Part shown: in pieces, positions 10,002 to 19,418 of the stretch
Layout of the letters: the number at the start of each line of letters is the position of its first letter
Position numbering within the stretch: position 1 is the stretch's first letter
Assembly (NCBI GenBank): GCA_040400605.1
Contig: JBBAPZ010000013.1
Span: 1-50,188, forward strand
Direction of reading: 5' to 3'
Length of the DNA: 50,188 nt
Origin: Candidatus Sericytochromatia bacterium
Lineage (GTDB): Bacteria; Cyanobacteriota; Sericytochromatia; S15B-MN24; JAQBPE01
Notes under the pieces: model-generated
Database searches by the model: none
Seen by the model: the letters and a program-made list of their open reading frames with translations, nothing else
What the model was told of the DNA's origin: nothing
Translations under genes and position numbers: made by a program

Positions 10002-11399
10002 TTGCCTGAGATGCAACAGACGAATAAAGTGGGCGATGTGTTGCGGAGTTTGTGGTTTGCGCCTGGCTTGAGGGAGAAGATACTCTGGACTCTTGGCATG
10101 GTTGTTATTTTCCGCCTGGCGGTTCATGTGCCGATCAGCGGGATAGACCAAGTCAAGCTCAATGCGCTGTTCGCCAACGTCAATTTTCTGGGTGGATTTC
10201 TGGATTTCTTTTCAGGTGGTGCTTTAGCGAAGTTTTCGGTTGTGGCAATGGGGATTACGCCTTTCATTAATGCATCCATCATCATGCAGTTGATGACCGG
10301 GGTCTTTCCGAAGCTTGAGGAATTGCAGAAAGAAGGTGGGGAGGCAGGGCGTAAGCAGATTCAGCAATGGACGCGTTATCTGGCGCTGGTGCTGGCGACT
10401 GTTCAGTCTTTCGGCATGAGTACCTGGTTATGGCGTAGCGGTGCTGCCATCGGGTACGATGCTGCGGGCCCTTTCCCGTACGCATTCATATTGGCAACGG
10501 TCGCAGTTTTGGTGGCCGGAACCACGTTTATCATGTGGTTGGGCGAGGTCATCACTGAGCGTGGGATTGGGAATGGTGCTTCCTTGATGATTTTCGCGGG
10601 TATTATTGCGGCATTCCCGTCGTATATCAGTCGCACGGCTGAGTTGGTTTCGTCAGGCGGTACGTCGACGTTTGCGGTCACCGCTTTGGTTGTGTCCTTG
10701 CTGGCGATGTTGGTTGCGATCGTTTTTGTTCAAGAGGGTCAAAGGCGTATTCCGGTGCAGTCCGCCAAGCGACAGGTGGCCGGTCAGCGTGGCGGGGGGT
10801 TTAGTCAGAATTATTTGCCCCTTCGGGTAAACCAGGGCGGTGTGATGCCATTGATTTTTGCTTCGTCGCTGCTGGTTTTCCCAGCAACGATCGCGCAGTT
10901 TTTGGGTGAGTCAAAGACTGCGGCACTAGTTTGGCAACCGGCGTTGGGGACGTTTTGGCAGTGGGATAACCTGCGAGGCATTGCCTTGGAGGGTCTCAAC
11001 GTGTTGATGCGGACTTTGTCGCCGAGTGGTTCGCTTCATTTCGTTGTGTATTTTTTGCTCATTATGTTTTTTTCTTATTTTTACGCGAGCCTTGTTTTAC
11101 AGCCAAAGGATTTGGCGGATAACCTTAAGAAATATGGTTCTTTTATCCCTGGTTACAAACCAGGCAAACCGACCGCTGAATTCATCGAGTTGGTGTTGAA
11201 TCGGATTACCTTTGCCGGCGGTGTGTTTTTGGGCTTGATTGCAATCTTGCCGTTATTTGTCGAACGGGCAACGGGCGTTACGACGTTGCAAGGGATTGGC
11301 TCGACCGCGTTGCTGATTATGGTCGGCGTGGCCATAGACTTGTACAATCAGTTGCAGACCCATCTCATTGCTCGGCAGTATGAGGGTTTCATGTCCTGA
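10002..11399 (+). CDS. secY: Preprotein translocase subunit SecY
   Basis: GITPFINASIIMQL, GIGNGASL, FIPGYKPG; about 10 hydrophobic segments; start may be ATG 10011. Confidence 0.98.
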   Translation: MPEMQQTNKVGDVLRSLWFAPGLREKILWTLGMVVIFRLAVHVPISGIDQVKLNALFANVNFLGGFLDFFSGGALAKFSVVAMGITPFINASIIMQLMTGVFPKLEELQKEGGEAGRKQIQQWTRYLALVLATVQSFGMSTWLWRSGAAIGYDAAGPFPYAFILATVAVLVAGTTFIMWLGEVITERGIGNGASLMIFAGIIAAFPSYISRTAELVSSGGTSTFAVTALVVSLLAMLVAIVFVQEGQRRIPVQSAKRQVAGQRGGGFSQNYLPLRVNQGGVMPLIFASSLLVFPATIAQFLGESKTAALVWQPALGTFWQWDNLRGIALEGLNVLMRTLSPSGSLHFVVYFLLIMFFSYFYASLVLQPKDLADNLKKYGSFIPGYKPGKPTAEFIELVLNRITFAGGVFLGLIAILPLFVERATGVTTLQGIGSTALLIMVGVAIDLYNQLQTHLIARQYEGFMS

Positions 11400-11422
11400 G
11401 GGGTTGAAAGTAGAGGCGAGAC

Positions 11423-12082
11423 ATGCGGATTGTTTTGTTGGGCGCACCTGGTGCCGGTAAGGGCACTCAGGGACGGATGCTGGCGGCGCATTTCAATATC
11501 CCGCAGATTGCAACAGGGGATATTTTGCGTTCGGCTGTCCGTGAGGGCACGGAGCTTGGGCTTGCGGCCAAGGCGTACATGGATGCGGGGAATCTGGTTC
11601 CGGATGGCGTGATGATTGGAATCATCAAGGACCGTTTGGCGCGGCGGGATGCATCACCTGGTTTTGTACTCGATGGGTTTCCAAGAACCGTCCCGCAAGC
11701 GGAGGCGCTGGATGTCATGTTGGCGAGTATCGAACGGGACTTGCAACTCGCAATCGATGTGCAGGTACCCGAGGATGTCTTGGTCGTCCGTTTGAGTGGC
11801 AGACGTGTTTGCAGGGAGTGCGGCGCGACGTATCATGAACGGTTCAGCCGCTCAAAGGATGGTGTCACGTGCGATGTTTGTGGCGGTGAGTTGTATCAGC
11901 GCGCTGACGATGCTGCGGATACTGTTCGTAATCGTTTGGCGGTATACCATCGGCAGACCCAACCGATCGTGGCGCGTTATGCAAGCAAGGGGTTGTTGCG
12001 CGTGCTAAACGGTGATCAGGACATGGCGGCTGTACGTGAGGCGTTGTTGAGCGTTCTGGATGACATGAAGGTGCGTTCCTGA
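11423..12082 (+). CDS. adk: Adenylate kinase with Zn-lid
   Basis: GAPGAGKGT, LDGFPRT, CRECG..CDVCG. Confidence 0.98.
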   Translation: MRIVLLGAPGAGKGTQGRMLAAHFNIPQIATGDILRSAVREGTELGLAAKAYMDAGNLVPDGVMIGIIKDRLARRDASPGFVLDGFPRTVPQAEALDVMLASIERDLQLAIDVQVPEDVLVVRLSGRRVCRECGATYHERFSRSKDGVTCDVCGGELYQRADDAADTVRNRLAVYHRQTQPIVARYASKGLLRVLNGDQDMAAVREALLSVLDDMKVRS

Positions 12083-12834
12083 TGGGTTTGATCACGAAGC
12101 AGTCGGAAGTCGATGCGATGCGCGAGGCTGGCCGGATTGTCGCCCTGGCGCACCGTGCTGTCGTCGGTGCGGTTGCGCCTGGTATCACCAGTCGCGAGTT
12201 GGATGCGATCGTGGAACGGGTCATCGTCTCGGAAGGTGGCAGGCCAGCGTTCAAGGGTTACCATGGTTTTCCGGCGAGTATTTGCGCGTCGGTTAACGAC
12301 GAGGTCGTTCATGGGATTCCCAACCGTCGACGGTTGGAGAGCGGGGATATCATTTCTGTTGATATCGGTGCGGTTGTGGATGGTTTTTATGGGGATTCGG
12401 CCTGGACTTACGCAGTTGGCGAAGTGGATGAGATAACTCGGCAGTTATTGGAGACGACTGAGGCCAGCTTGTATGCCGGTATTCGTGCAGCGATCGCCGG
12501 AGCCCATTTGAATGGCATCGGCAGTGCGGTTCAGTCGGTCGTAGACGAGAAGGGCTTTTCGGTTGTCCGTGACTTTGTCGGGCATGGCATCGGCAAGAAC
12601 TTGCACGAGTCACCGCAGGTCGCCAATTACCGTCAACCCGAACCGGGTCCTGTTTTACGGCCGGGTGAGGCGTTGGCGATTGAACCCATGGTCAATGTGG
12701 GTGGCCACGCCGTGAAAACCAAAAAAAACGGGTGGACGGTTGTCACGCTGGATGGAAGTTGGTCCGCGCACTTTGAGCATACGATCATCGTGTCCGAGGG
12801 TGACGCGTTGATCACGACAAGCTTGAATGGTTAA
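12082..12834 (+). CDS. map: Type I methionine aminopeptidase
   Basis: SVNDEVVHGIP, GHGIG..HE.P, IEPM, SAHFEHT. Confidence 0.98.
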   Translation: MGLITKQSEVDAMREAGRIVALAHRAVVGAVAPGITSRELDAIVERVIVSEGGRPAFKGYHGFPASICASVNDEVVHGIPNRRRLESGDIISVDIGAVVDGFYGDSAWTYAVGEVDEITRQLLETTEASLYAGIRAAIAGAHLNGIGSAVQSVVDEKGFSVVRDFVGHGIGKNLHESPQVANYRQPEPGPVLRPGEALAIEPMVNVGGHAVKTKKNGWTVVTLDGSWSAHFEHTIIVSEGDALITTSLNG

Positions 12835-12839
12835 AAAGA

Positions 12840-12869
12840 TTGTCATTAAGGCAAGTATAAGGTTATGAT
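12840..12869 (+). promoter_or_regulatory. Putative internal sigma70-type promoter for rpmJ and the alpha operon
   Basis: TTGTCA (12840-45), 18 nt, TATGAT (12864-69) in an AT-rich spacer. Confidence 0.45.
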
Positions 12870-12898
12870 AATCGATAAGCATAGAAAGGGGTGAGGTG

Positions 12899-13012
12899 AT
12901 GAAGGTACGTGCATCGGTCAAGGCGATCTGTGAGAAGTGCCGAGTGATCAAGCGTCATAATCGCGTGATGGTCATTTGCGAGAATCCGAAACATAAGCAG
13001 CGTCAAGGTTAA
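12899..13012 (+). CDS. rpmJ: 50S ribosomal protein L36 (Zn-ribbon form; absent from ORF track)
   Basis: Manual translation [37 protein letters not shown]. Confidence 0.98.
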   Translation: MKVRASVKAICEKCRVIKRHNRVMVICENPKHKQRQG

Positions 13013-13058
13013 GGGCAGCGCGTTCAGTGGCGTTGCGTGATTGGGGAGGTTCAGGGTA

Positions 13059-13427
13059 ATGGCTCGTATTGCCGGTGTTGACCTGCCGCGCGACAAGCGC
13101 ATCGAGGTCGCACTTACGTATATTTTTGGAATCGGTCCGTTCAAGGCCGGTGAGATCATCAAGCGGACGAAGGTCAGTCCTGACACGCGTACCAAGGACT
13201 TGACCGAGGATGAGATCGGACGTTTGCGCGAGGAGATTGATCGCAATCATCAGGTGGAGGGTGACTTGCGTCGTGAGATTTCCATCAACATCAAGCGGTT
13301 GATTGAGATCGGGTCTTACCGGGGTATTCGTCATCGACGTGGTCTGCCTTTGCGCGGACAGCGCACCAAGACGAATGCGCGTACGCGTCGCGGTGTCAAA
13401 AAGACCGTGGCAGGCAAGAAGAAGTAA
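13059..13427 (+). CDS. rpsM: 30S ribosomal protein S13
   Basis: [32 protein letters not shown]. Confidence 0.99.
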   Translation: MARIAGVDLPRDKRIEVALTYIFGIGPFKAGEIIKRTKVSPDTRTKDLTEDEIGRLREEIDRNHQVEGDLRREISINIKRLIEIGSYRGIRHRRGLPLRGQRTKTNARTRRGVKKTVAGKKK

Positions 13428-13546
13428 GCGGTTGTGACATTGGGTTGGTGTTGCTCTGGAAGTTGGCTGCAACCAGGGTTCTCGCCACCAGCTCCTTGCA
13501 AGTATCAGTTTGATTAAGCAAAATTCAATTTGGAGGAGATGAAACA

Positions 13547-13936
13547 GTGGCCAAAACCAGTGCCAAGCCCAAGCGGCGCGAGCGTAAGAATATTGCGAAC
13601 GGGGTCGTTCATGTGTCGTCGACATTTAACAACACCATCATCAGTATTACTGATATGAACGGAAACGTGATTTCTTGGGGTTCTGCCGGTACGGCTGGCT
13701 TCAAGGGTGCCAAGAAGGGCACGCCGTTTGCGGCGCAGTTGGCGGCAGATGGGTGTGCGCAGCGGGCGCGTGAACACGGCATGCAAAGTGTCGAGGTGCT
13801 GGTCAAGGGGCCTGGTTCGGGTCGGGAGACCGCCATACGGGCTTTGCAGGCGGCGGGTCTTGAGATCACCTTGATCAAGGATGTGACACCCATTCCCCAC
13901 AACGGCTGTCGCCCCCCCAAGCGTCGCAGGGTGTAA
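13547..13936 (+). CDS. rpsK: 30S ribosomal protein S11
   Basis: [31 protein letters not shown]. Confidence 0.99.
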   Translation: MAKTSAKPKRRERKNIANGVVHVSSTFNNTIISITDMNGNVISWGSAGTAGFKGAKKGTPFAAQLAADGCAQRAREHGMQSVEVLVKGPGSGRETAIRALQAAGLEITLIKDVTPIPHNGCRPPKRRRV

Positions 13937-14006
13937 CGTTCGGTCGGGGACGTTTTGAATTTTTGCTGATGGTTTGACATGTGTTTGTGCGAGGAGGGTT
14001 AGCCAC

Positions 14007-14627
14007 GTGGCTCGTTATACAGATTCCGTTTGCCGGTTGTGCCGTGCGGAAGGTATCAAGTTGTTTTTGAAGGGTGACCGCTGCAACAGTCCGAAGTGTG
14101 CGTTGACGCGGCGGTCTTATCGTCCGGGTATGCATGGGCAGGCGCGTCAGAAGTTGTCCGAGTATGCGGTCCGGTTGCGTGAAAAGCAGAAGGTACGTCG
14201 GGTTTACGGCGTCCTGGAGAAGCAGTTTCGGCGTTACTACAAGGAAGCGACGCGTTTGCGTGGGGTCACCGGTGAGGTGTTGCTTCAGCTGTTGGAACGA
14301 CGGATGGATAATGTCGTGTTCCGGATGGGGTTGGCGTCGAGTCGTCCGCAGGCTAGGCAGTTTGTCAGGCATGGCTTTTTTGCGGTGAACGGTGTTCGCA
14401 GCGATATTCCGAGTATAAATTTGAAGAATGGGGTTACCATTGCGGTGGTTGAGAAGAAGCAGGCGTTTTTCAAGGCGCGGCTCGAGGGTTTGCACAGTGT
14501 GCGGGTGCCCTCGTGGTTGAGTTTTGACGCGACGACGTTGACGGGCCATGTGGTCAGCAATCCGACGCGTGAGGAAAATGATACGCCTGCGAACGAGCAG
14601 TATATCGTTGAGTACTACTCCCGCTAG
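14007..14627 (+). CDS. rpsD: 30S ribosomal protein S4 (Cys/Zn-type N-terminus)
   Basis: ARY..VCRLCR..RCNSPKC, LREKQK, LERRMDN, IVEYYSR; GAGGAGG before GTG 14007. Confidence 0.98.
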   Translation: MARYTDSVCRLCRAEGIKLFLKGDRCNSPKCALTRRSYRPGMHGQARQKLSEYAVRLREKQKVRRVYGVLEKQFRRYYKEATRLRGVTGEVLLQLLERRMDNVVFRMGLASSRPQARQFVRHGFFAVNGVRSDIPSINLKNGVTIAVVEKKQAFFKARLEGLHSVRVPSWLSFDATTLTGHVVSNPTREENDTPANEQYIVEYYSR

Positions 14628-14678
14628 GCCATGGTCGGATTTAGCCGGTTTGGCGAGACAAGAAGGAGTTGAAAGACG

Positions 14679-15653
14679 ATGGATAAGCCAAATATACAGT
14701 GCGTGGAGACCCTCGTCACGGAAGAAGGTCTTCATTACAGTCGGTTCGTGGCGGAACCGCTCGAGCGCGGTTACGGGACAACCTTGGGTAACGCCTTGCG
14801 TCGCGTGTTGCTGTCTGATCTTGAAGGGGCCGCGATCACGGCCATTCGGATCGAAGGGGTGCAGCACGAGTTTTCGACCATCGGCGGCATGACTGAGGAC
14901 ATTGTGGACTTGATACTCAACCTGAAGGGTGTTGTGGTCAAGTTGCACGGTGATGAGGCAAAGACAGCTTTTCTCAGCGTGAAGCGGGAGGGCGTGGTTA
15001 CCGCTGCCGACATCACGAGTGATCCGGATGTTGAGATCCTTAACCCTGACTGGCATCTGGCGACTTTGGACGCGGGTGCGAGTTTGGAGATGGAATTGCA
15101 GGTGGAACGGGGCAAGGGATTTGTGCCTGCTGAGCGCAATCGGCGGCCTCACCAGCCTGTGGGCGTCATACCGGTTGATAGCATTTTCATGCCGGTTCGG
15201 AAGGTCAATTACCAGATCGAGGATACTCGGGTTGGGCAGTCGGTGGATTTCGATCGCCTGATTTTGGAGATATGGTCGAATGGTTCGATTGATCCTGAAG
15301 AGGCTCTGGCGCGTGCGGCTGAGTTGTTGATTGAGCAGTTCCGTCCGTTCGCTTTGCTTGCGCGGGATGAGGCGAGCCTGATGGCGCTGGGCGAGGCGGG
15401 TGCTGGTGTTGCAGCTGGTTCGCCGGCGGCCGAGCTGAGCATCGAAGAACTTGAGCTGTCGGTTCGAGCTTACAACTGCTTGAAGCGGGCCAATATTTAT
15501 ACGGTTGCGGATTTGCTGAAGAAAACGGAACGGGAGCTCATGGATATCAAGAACTTCGGCAAGAAGTCGGCTGAGGAGGTTATTGAGCGCTTGCGTTCCT
15601 TTGGGTACCACATGGCCAGTGAGCGCGACTCGGAGTTTGCGGCTGCCGAATAG
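14679..15653 (+). CDS. rpoA: RNA polymerase alpha subunit
   Basis: EPLERGYGTTLGNALRRVLL, LELSVRAYNCLKR, NFGKKS. Confidence 0.99.
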   Translation: MDKPNIQCVETLVTEEGLHYSRFVAEPLERGYGTTLGNALRRVLLSDLEGAAITAIRIEGVQHEFSTIGGMTEDIVDLILNLKGVVVKLHGDEAKTAFLSVKREGVVTAADITSDPDVEILNPDWHLATLDAGASLEMELQVERGKGFVPAERNRRPHQPVGVIPVDSIFMPVRKVNYQIEDTRVGQSVDFDRLILEIWSNGSIDPEEALARAAELLIEQFRPFALLARDEASLMALGEAGAGVAAGSPAAELSIEELELSVRAYNCLKRANIYTVADLLKKTERELMDIKNFGKKSAEEVIERLRSFGYHMASERDSEFAAAE

Positions 15654-15700
15654 GTCGATGAGCGGGCTGATACTAGAAGAGCATAAAGGATACTTTTGAT

Positions 15701-16054
15701 ATGCGGCATCAAAATAAGAGGCACTTGTTGGGGCGGCCTTCGGATCAACGTAAAGCGGTGCTTCGTAGTTTGACGACTTCGCTTTTGCGTCATGATCGAA
15801 TCGAGACGACTGAGGCGAAGGCCAAGGCTGTTCAGGGTGAGGTAGAGCGGATGATTACGCTGGCGAAGCGTGGCGATTTGCACGCGCGTCGGCAAGCTGC
15901 GGGGTACGTCCTGGAGAAGGATGTCTTGAAGCGTCTGTTCGATGAGGTTGGTCCTCGGTTTCAGACGGTGAACGGTGGTTATTCTCGCGTGATCAAGACA
16001 GCGCCTCGGCGTGGTGATGCAGCCCCGATGGCCATCATCTCTTTGGAAGGTTAA
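15701..16054 (+). CDS. rplQ: 50S ribosomal protein L17
   Basis: [28 protein letters not shown]. Confidence 0.98.
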   Translation: MRHQNKRHLLGRPSDQRKAVLRSLTTSLLRHDRIETTEAKAKAVQGEVERMITLAKRGDLHARRQAAGYVLEKDVLKRLFDEVGPRFQTVNGGYSRVIKTAPRRGDAAPMAIISLEG

Positions 16055-16061
16055 CTGTACG

Positions 16062-16889
16062 GTGTCTTCGTTGCACACCATCAAGATGCTGGTTAGCTAC
16101 GATGGCACCGACTTTTCTGGCTGGCAACTGCAGCCGGGAAAGAGGACGGTCCAAGGCGAGTTAGAGCTTGCTTTGGGTCGTGTTTTGAAGGCGGGCGTCA
16201 AGACGGCGGCCGCAGGACGAACCGATGCTGGTGTTCATGCCACTGGGCAGGTAGTCAGCTTTGTGACGCCCGTGGTCATTCCGGGGCCTGCGTGGGTGCC
16301 GGCGATGAATTCGGTTCTGGGAAGGGATGTTGCTGTATGGTGGGCGGAGGAAGTGTCTGAGGATTTCCATGCTCGCCACTCGGCTCTCTGTCGTTCCTAT
16401 CGGTATACTGTTTTGGTTGGTAAGCCTCGCTCGCCGGTGCTCGCACGTTATGCTGCCTGGGTTGGAATGCCTTTGGTGGTGGAACCGATGAGAGAAGTCT
16501 GGTCCTCGCTTCTAGGACGTCATGATTTCAGTGCGTTTATGAGTACAGGCAGTGACCCTGCAAATCCGATCTGCCAGATTTTGGATGCGCGTGTTGAGGA
16601 AGATGGGGATTTGCTGCATTTTCATATTACGGCCGATCACTTTTTGTACAACATGGTCCGTCGCTTGGTCGGAACGGTGTTGAGGGTTGGCAAGGGTCAT
16701 CTGGACGCGGCTGGTTTTAGAGATACCTGGCTTGGAAGGGCGACTCGGCCTTCTGGGCCCACTGCTCCTGCCAATGGGTTAACGTTCATTGGGGTCGGGT
16801 ATCCGGAACGGTTTGAGTGGGTGACGGACAGGTTAGAGCGGAATATGACTGGGTGTGACCCGTTTGGGCGCACGAGGAGGATCAGTTGA
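16062..16889 (+). CDS. truA: tRNA pseudouridine(38-40) synthase
   Basis: [34 protein letters not shown]; start approximate. Confidence 0.96.
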   Translation: MSSLHTIKMLVSYDGTDFSGWQLQPGKRTVQGELELALGRVLKAGVKTAAAGRTDAGVHATGQVVSFVTPVVIPGPAWVPAMNSVLGRDVAVWWAEEVSEDFHARHSALCRSYRYTVLVGKPRSPVLARYAAWVGMPLVVEPMREVWSSLLGRHDFSAFMSTGSDPANPICQILDARVEEDGDLLHFHITADHFLYNMVRRLVGTVLRVGKGHLDAAGFRDTWLGRATRPSGPTAPANGLTFIGVGYPERFEWVTDRLERNMTGCDPFGRTRRIS

Positions 16890-17323
16890 ATACGTATATG
16901 GCGAATGAGGCCGATGTCACCCGAGCGTGGCATGTGATTGATGCTAAGGGGCAGACGTTGGGACGCTTGGCGACAGTGGTTGCCAACCTTCTGCGTGGCA
17001 AGAACAAGCCCACGTATACACCGCATGTTGATACCGGCGATTTCGTGGTAGTTGTAAATGCCGATAAAGTAGTTGTCACTGGCAAGAAATCATCCGACAA
17101 GGTCTATCGGCATCATACCGGGTGGCCAGGCGGATTCCGGCAGGTTAATTTTGCGAAGTTGATGCAAGAAAAGCCGACGCGGATTGTTGAAAAAGCGATC
17201 TATGGCATGCTGCCTCACAACAAGCTTGGTGCGAAGCAGTATCGGAAGTTAAAGGTTTATGCGGGTTCGGAGCATCCCCATGCTTCACAGCAACCGACCG
17301 TTTATGATTTGAACAAGAACTGA
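16886..17323 (+). CDS. rplM: 50S ribosomal protein L13
   Basis: [23 protein letters not shown] start with GAGGAGG SD. Confidence 0.98.
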   Translation: MNTYMANEADVTRAWHVIDAKGQTLGRLATVVANLLRGKNKPTYTPHVDTGDFVVVVNADKVVVTGKKSSDKVYRHHTGWPGGFRQVNFAKLMQEKPTRIVEKAIYGMLPHNKLGAKQYRKLKVYAGSEHPHASQQPTVYDLNKN

Positions 17324-17336
17324 GGAGTAAGGGAAA

Positions 17337-17738
17337 ATGGCTCAGAAAGTCGCACAGTACTGGGGTACGGGACGTCGTAAGACATCCATCGCTCGGGTGC
17401 GTTTATTGCCCGGCTCTGGTGTCGTCAAAATTAATGATCGGACACTGGAGGATTACATTGGTGGTCGTAAGACACTCTATCCTCAGCTCACACTTCCGTT
17501 TGAAGCGACCCGCAACACCAACCGTTTTGATGTCTTCTGTAACGTTTCGGGTGGCGGTGTCAACTCTCAGGTTGGTGCCATTCGACTTGGCATTGCGCGC
17601 GCCCTTCTCACGTTGGATCCCGAGCTGCGTAGTGCACTCCGTGGCGAGGATCTGCTCACCCGCGATCCCCGCGCCAAGGAACGTAAAAAGTACGGTCGCA
17701 AACGCGCCCGAAAGCGTTTCCAGTTCTCGAAACGTTAA
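17337..17738 (+). CDS. rpsI: 30S ribosomal protein S9
   Basis: GTGRRKTS, LTRDPR.KERKKYG, QFSKR. Confidence 0.99.
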   Translation: MAQKVAQYWGTGRRKTSIARVRLLPGSGVVKINDRTLEDYIGGRKTLYPQLTLPFEATRNTNRFDVFCNVSGGGVNSQVGAIRLGIARALLTLDPELRSALRGEDLLTRDPRAKERKKYGRKRARKRFQFSKR

Positions 17739-17759
17739 ACGTCTCCAACTGGTTCGCTG

Positions 17760-17786
17760 GAACCCCTGCCTTGGCAGGGGTTTTCT
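17760..17786 (+). terminator. Intrinsic terminator of the ribosomal superoperon
   Basis: AACCCCTGC-CTTG-GCAGGGGTT followed by TTCT, just after the rpsI stop. Confidence 0.85.
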
Positions 17787-18117
17787 GGTTGCTGCCGTCT
17801 GCCGGGAGATTCGCTGGCGCAGGCATCAAGGAGTGCTTTATTCCGTTGCTGATTCGATGAAGTGTCGAACAAGCGCGAGGTGTGTTACAGGCCCGCACCT
17901 TCTGTCGGTAGGACAGGCTGCAGGTCCACTCGTCGCCGCCATATTCAGTTTTGTATGGTCCACCTGTGGGAAGAGGTTGACTCAGTGACGGTCCTAGGGG
18001 ACGGTTTACGTCTCAGTCGCGCCGCCGGCGTGCCCAACAGGCGATGTAGCCCAATAAACAGTGGTATAACGTTGGGTCTGCCCCGTTGCTGAAGCGCTAA
18101 GATCAGCCTTGAAGTGT

Positions 18118-18203
18118 CGGGTGTTGTTCAATCACAATGGGTGATTGCCTGATGTATTGGGTTTCGCTGTACACGTTTTAAACAGTGGTTGATGCGTCAC
18201 TGT
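18118..18203 (-). repeat. Dispersed degenerate intergenic repeat, copy 1 (inverted)
   Basis: Reverse complement ACAGTGACGCATCAACCACTGTTTAAAA..AAACCCAA..CAGGCAATCACCCATTGTGATTGAACA aligns by eye with the copy at 34812. Confidence 0.7.
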
Positions 18204-18374
18204 GTGGTTTCTGTTCGGATTGATTCTACTGGTCCGTTTTGCGGGGCAAAAGTTTGACTGGCGGGTGATGTACCAGGCGTTCGCTTTTGGCCCTGCAGGT
18301 GAGTCCCCTTTCGCTTCAACCCGCGCTAGCGCTGACAACCGTCACGTCGGCCGACGTTATCAAGATTGCGACAC

Positions 18375-18626
18375 ATGGAGGTGTGTGTGTCACTCCTCGT
18401 CTTGCTGTTCGGTATTGGCATGTTTTGCATGGGTTGGATTGCCCACGCGTTTATTGTAATCCTTAAACCTGTTCGCGAGTATGTTGAACCCACGGCGCGT
18501 TTTGAGTGCCCCGAGTGCCGCGCTCAAAAGGATTTACCTCTTTCTCTGCATCGTAAAGTGCTCATCTGCAATCGCTGCCAGGTCAAGATGACGAAGCACG
18601 GCAGTGATCAGGCGCGCAATCATTAG
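18375..18626 (+). CDS. Small membrane-anchored Zn-ribbon protein (hypothetical)
   Basis: N-terminal hydrophobic helix followed by CPEC-x16-CNRC. Confidence 0.6.
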   Translation: MEVCVSLLVLLFGIGMFCMGWIAHAFIVILKPVREYVEPTARFECPECRAQKDLPLSLHRKVLICNRCQVKMTKHGSDQARNH

Positions 18627-18634
18627 ACCAATCT

Positions 18635-18662
18635 TTTACAAAGATTAATTATGTGATAATAT
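18635..18662 (+). promoter_or_regulatory. Putative promoter of the cytochrome c gene
   Basis: TTTACA, 16 nt, TAATAT with extended TG, in an AT-rich tract. Confidence 0.4.
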
Positions 18663-18723
18663 ATATTTAATATTTGAACAGATTTGCGCGGTTTCCGTAC
18701 AAGCATTGAAGGAGGTTGGTGGG

Positions 18724-19110
18724 ATGGGTGGTTGGTGGTTGGGTGCCGTTGGGGTTGTGTTGGGAAGCAGTGTTTTGTTGGCGGCTTGTGGTGGTGTGGG
18801 TACCGGCACGGGGCGGATGGTTGCGTCGACGCGCATGAAGGTTCGGGAGGGTGCGTCCTTTAGTGGGCAGGTGGCGCCTTTGGTGAGCAATCGGTGTATG
18901 GGGTGTCATATGCAGGGGCGTCCGGGTGGGCGAGTGTTGCAGTTGTTTGATGGGTCGGGTGCGGTTCAGCATGGTGTTGTGGCGGAGTCTTATGATCGCA
19001 TCGTTCGGGCGGTGGAGCGTGGTTCCATGCCGCCGCGTGGGCCGAAGTTCACACAGGAAGAGGTGGCGGTTCTTAAGGCGTGGAAAGCTGCTGGCTTGCC
19101 CAATAACTGA
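18724..19110 (+). CDS. Monoheme cytochrome c lipoprotein
   Basis: Lipobox LAAC, heme motif CMGCH, distal Met in SMPP; AAGGAGG 8 nt upstream. Confidence 0.85.
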   Translation: MGGWWLGAVGVVLGSSVLLAACGGVGTGTGRMVASTRMKVREGASFSGQVAPLVSNRCMGCHMQGRPGGRVLQLFDGSGAVQHGVVAESYDRIVRAVERGSMPPRGPKFTQEEVAVLKAWKAAGLPNN

Positions 19111-19134
19111 TCCCTGTCGGCTTGATGATCCGTT

Positions 19135-19160
19135 GGCCACCCGTTTTGGGTGGCTTTTTT
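19135..19160 (+). terminator. Intrinsic terminator
   Basis: GCCACCC-GTTTT-GGGTGGC followed by TTTTTT. Confidence 0.85.
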
Positions 19161-19211
19161 GGCTTGCTTTTTATGGTACTGCTCGCTAATCACAGTCTTT
19201 GCACAGGCGAA

Positions 19212-19330
19212 ACAGCGACGCATCGGGTTTTGTCTGAATGTTGTGTAGTCAGTTCGACAATTCGGGCATTGCCTCCCTTTGTTTGTATAACAGCTGAAAT
19301 TTGATCGCCAATCAACGCGGTGCTGCATTG
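19212..19330 (+). repeat. Dispersed degenerate intergenic repeat, copy 2
   Basis: ACAGCGACGCATCGGGTTTTGT..GGCATTGCCTC..CAGCTGAAATTTGATCGCCAATCAACGC aligns with the copy at 26658. Confidence 0.7.
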
Positions 19331-19418
19331 GTGCTTCCAGATTCGCGCTGCTCGTTTACTTTCACGTTTCAAGAAATCTTGAACAGCTGCTGGAACAGGT
19401 GTCATTCGCGTGTTTACG

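Noticed and set aside
12721..12728. A8 run in map as a slippage site
   Set aside because: Encodes in-frame KKN within an intact gene
13875..15611. 578-aa minus-strand ORF
   Set aside because: Antisense shadow of rpsD-rpoA with no recognisable motifs
17787..18374. Short ORFs or an ncRNA after rpsI
   Set aside because: No SD, motif or recognisable tRNA, tmRNA, SRP or RNase P structure; partly explained by repeat copy 1
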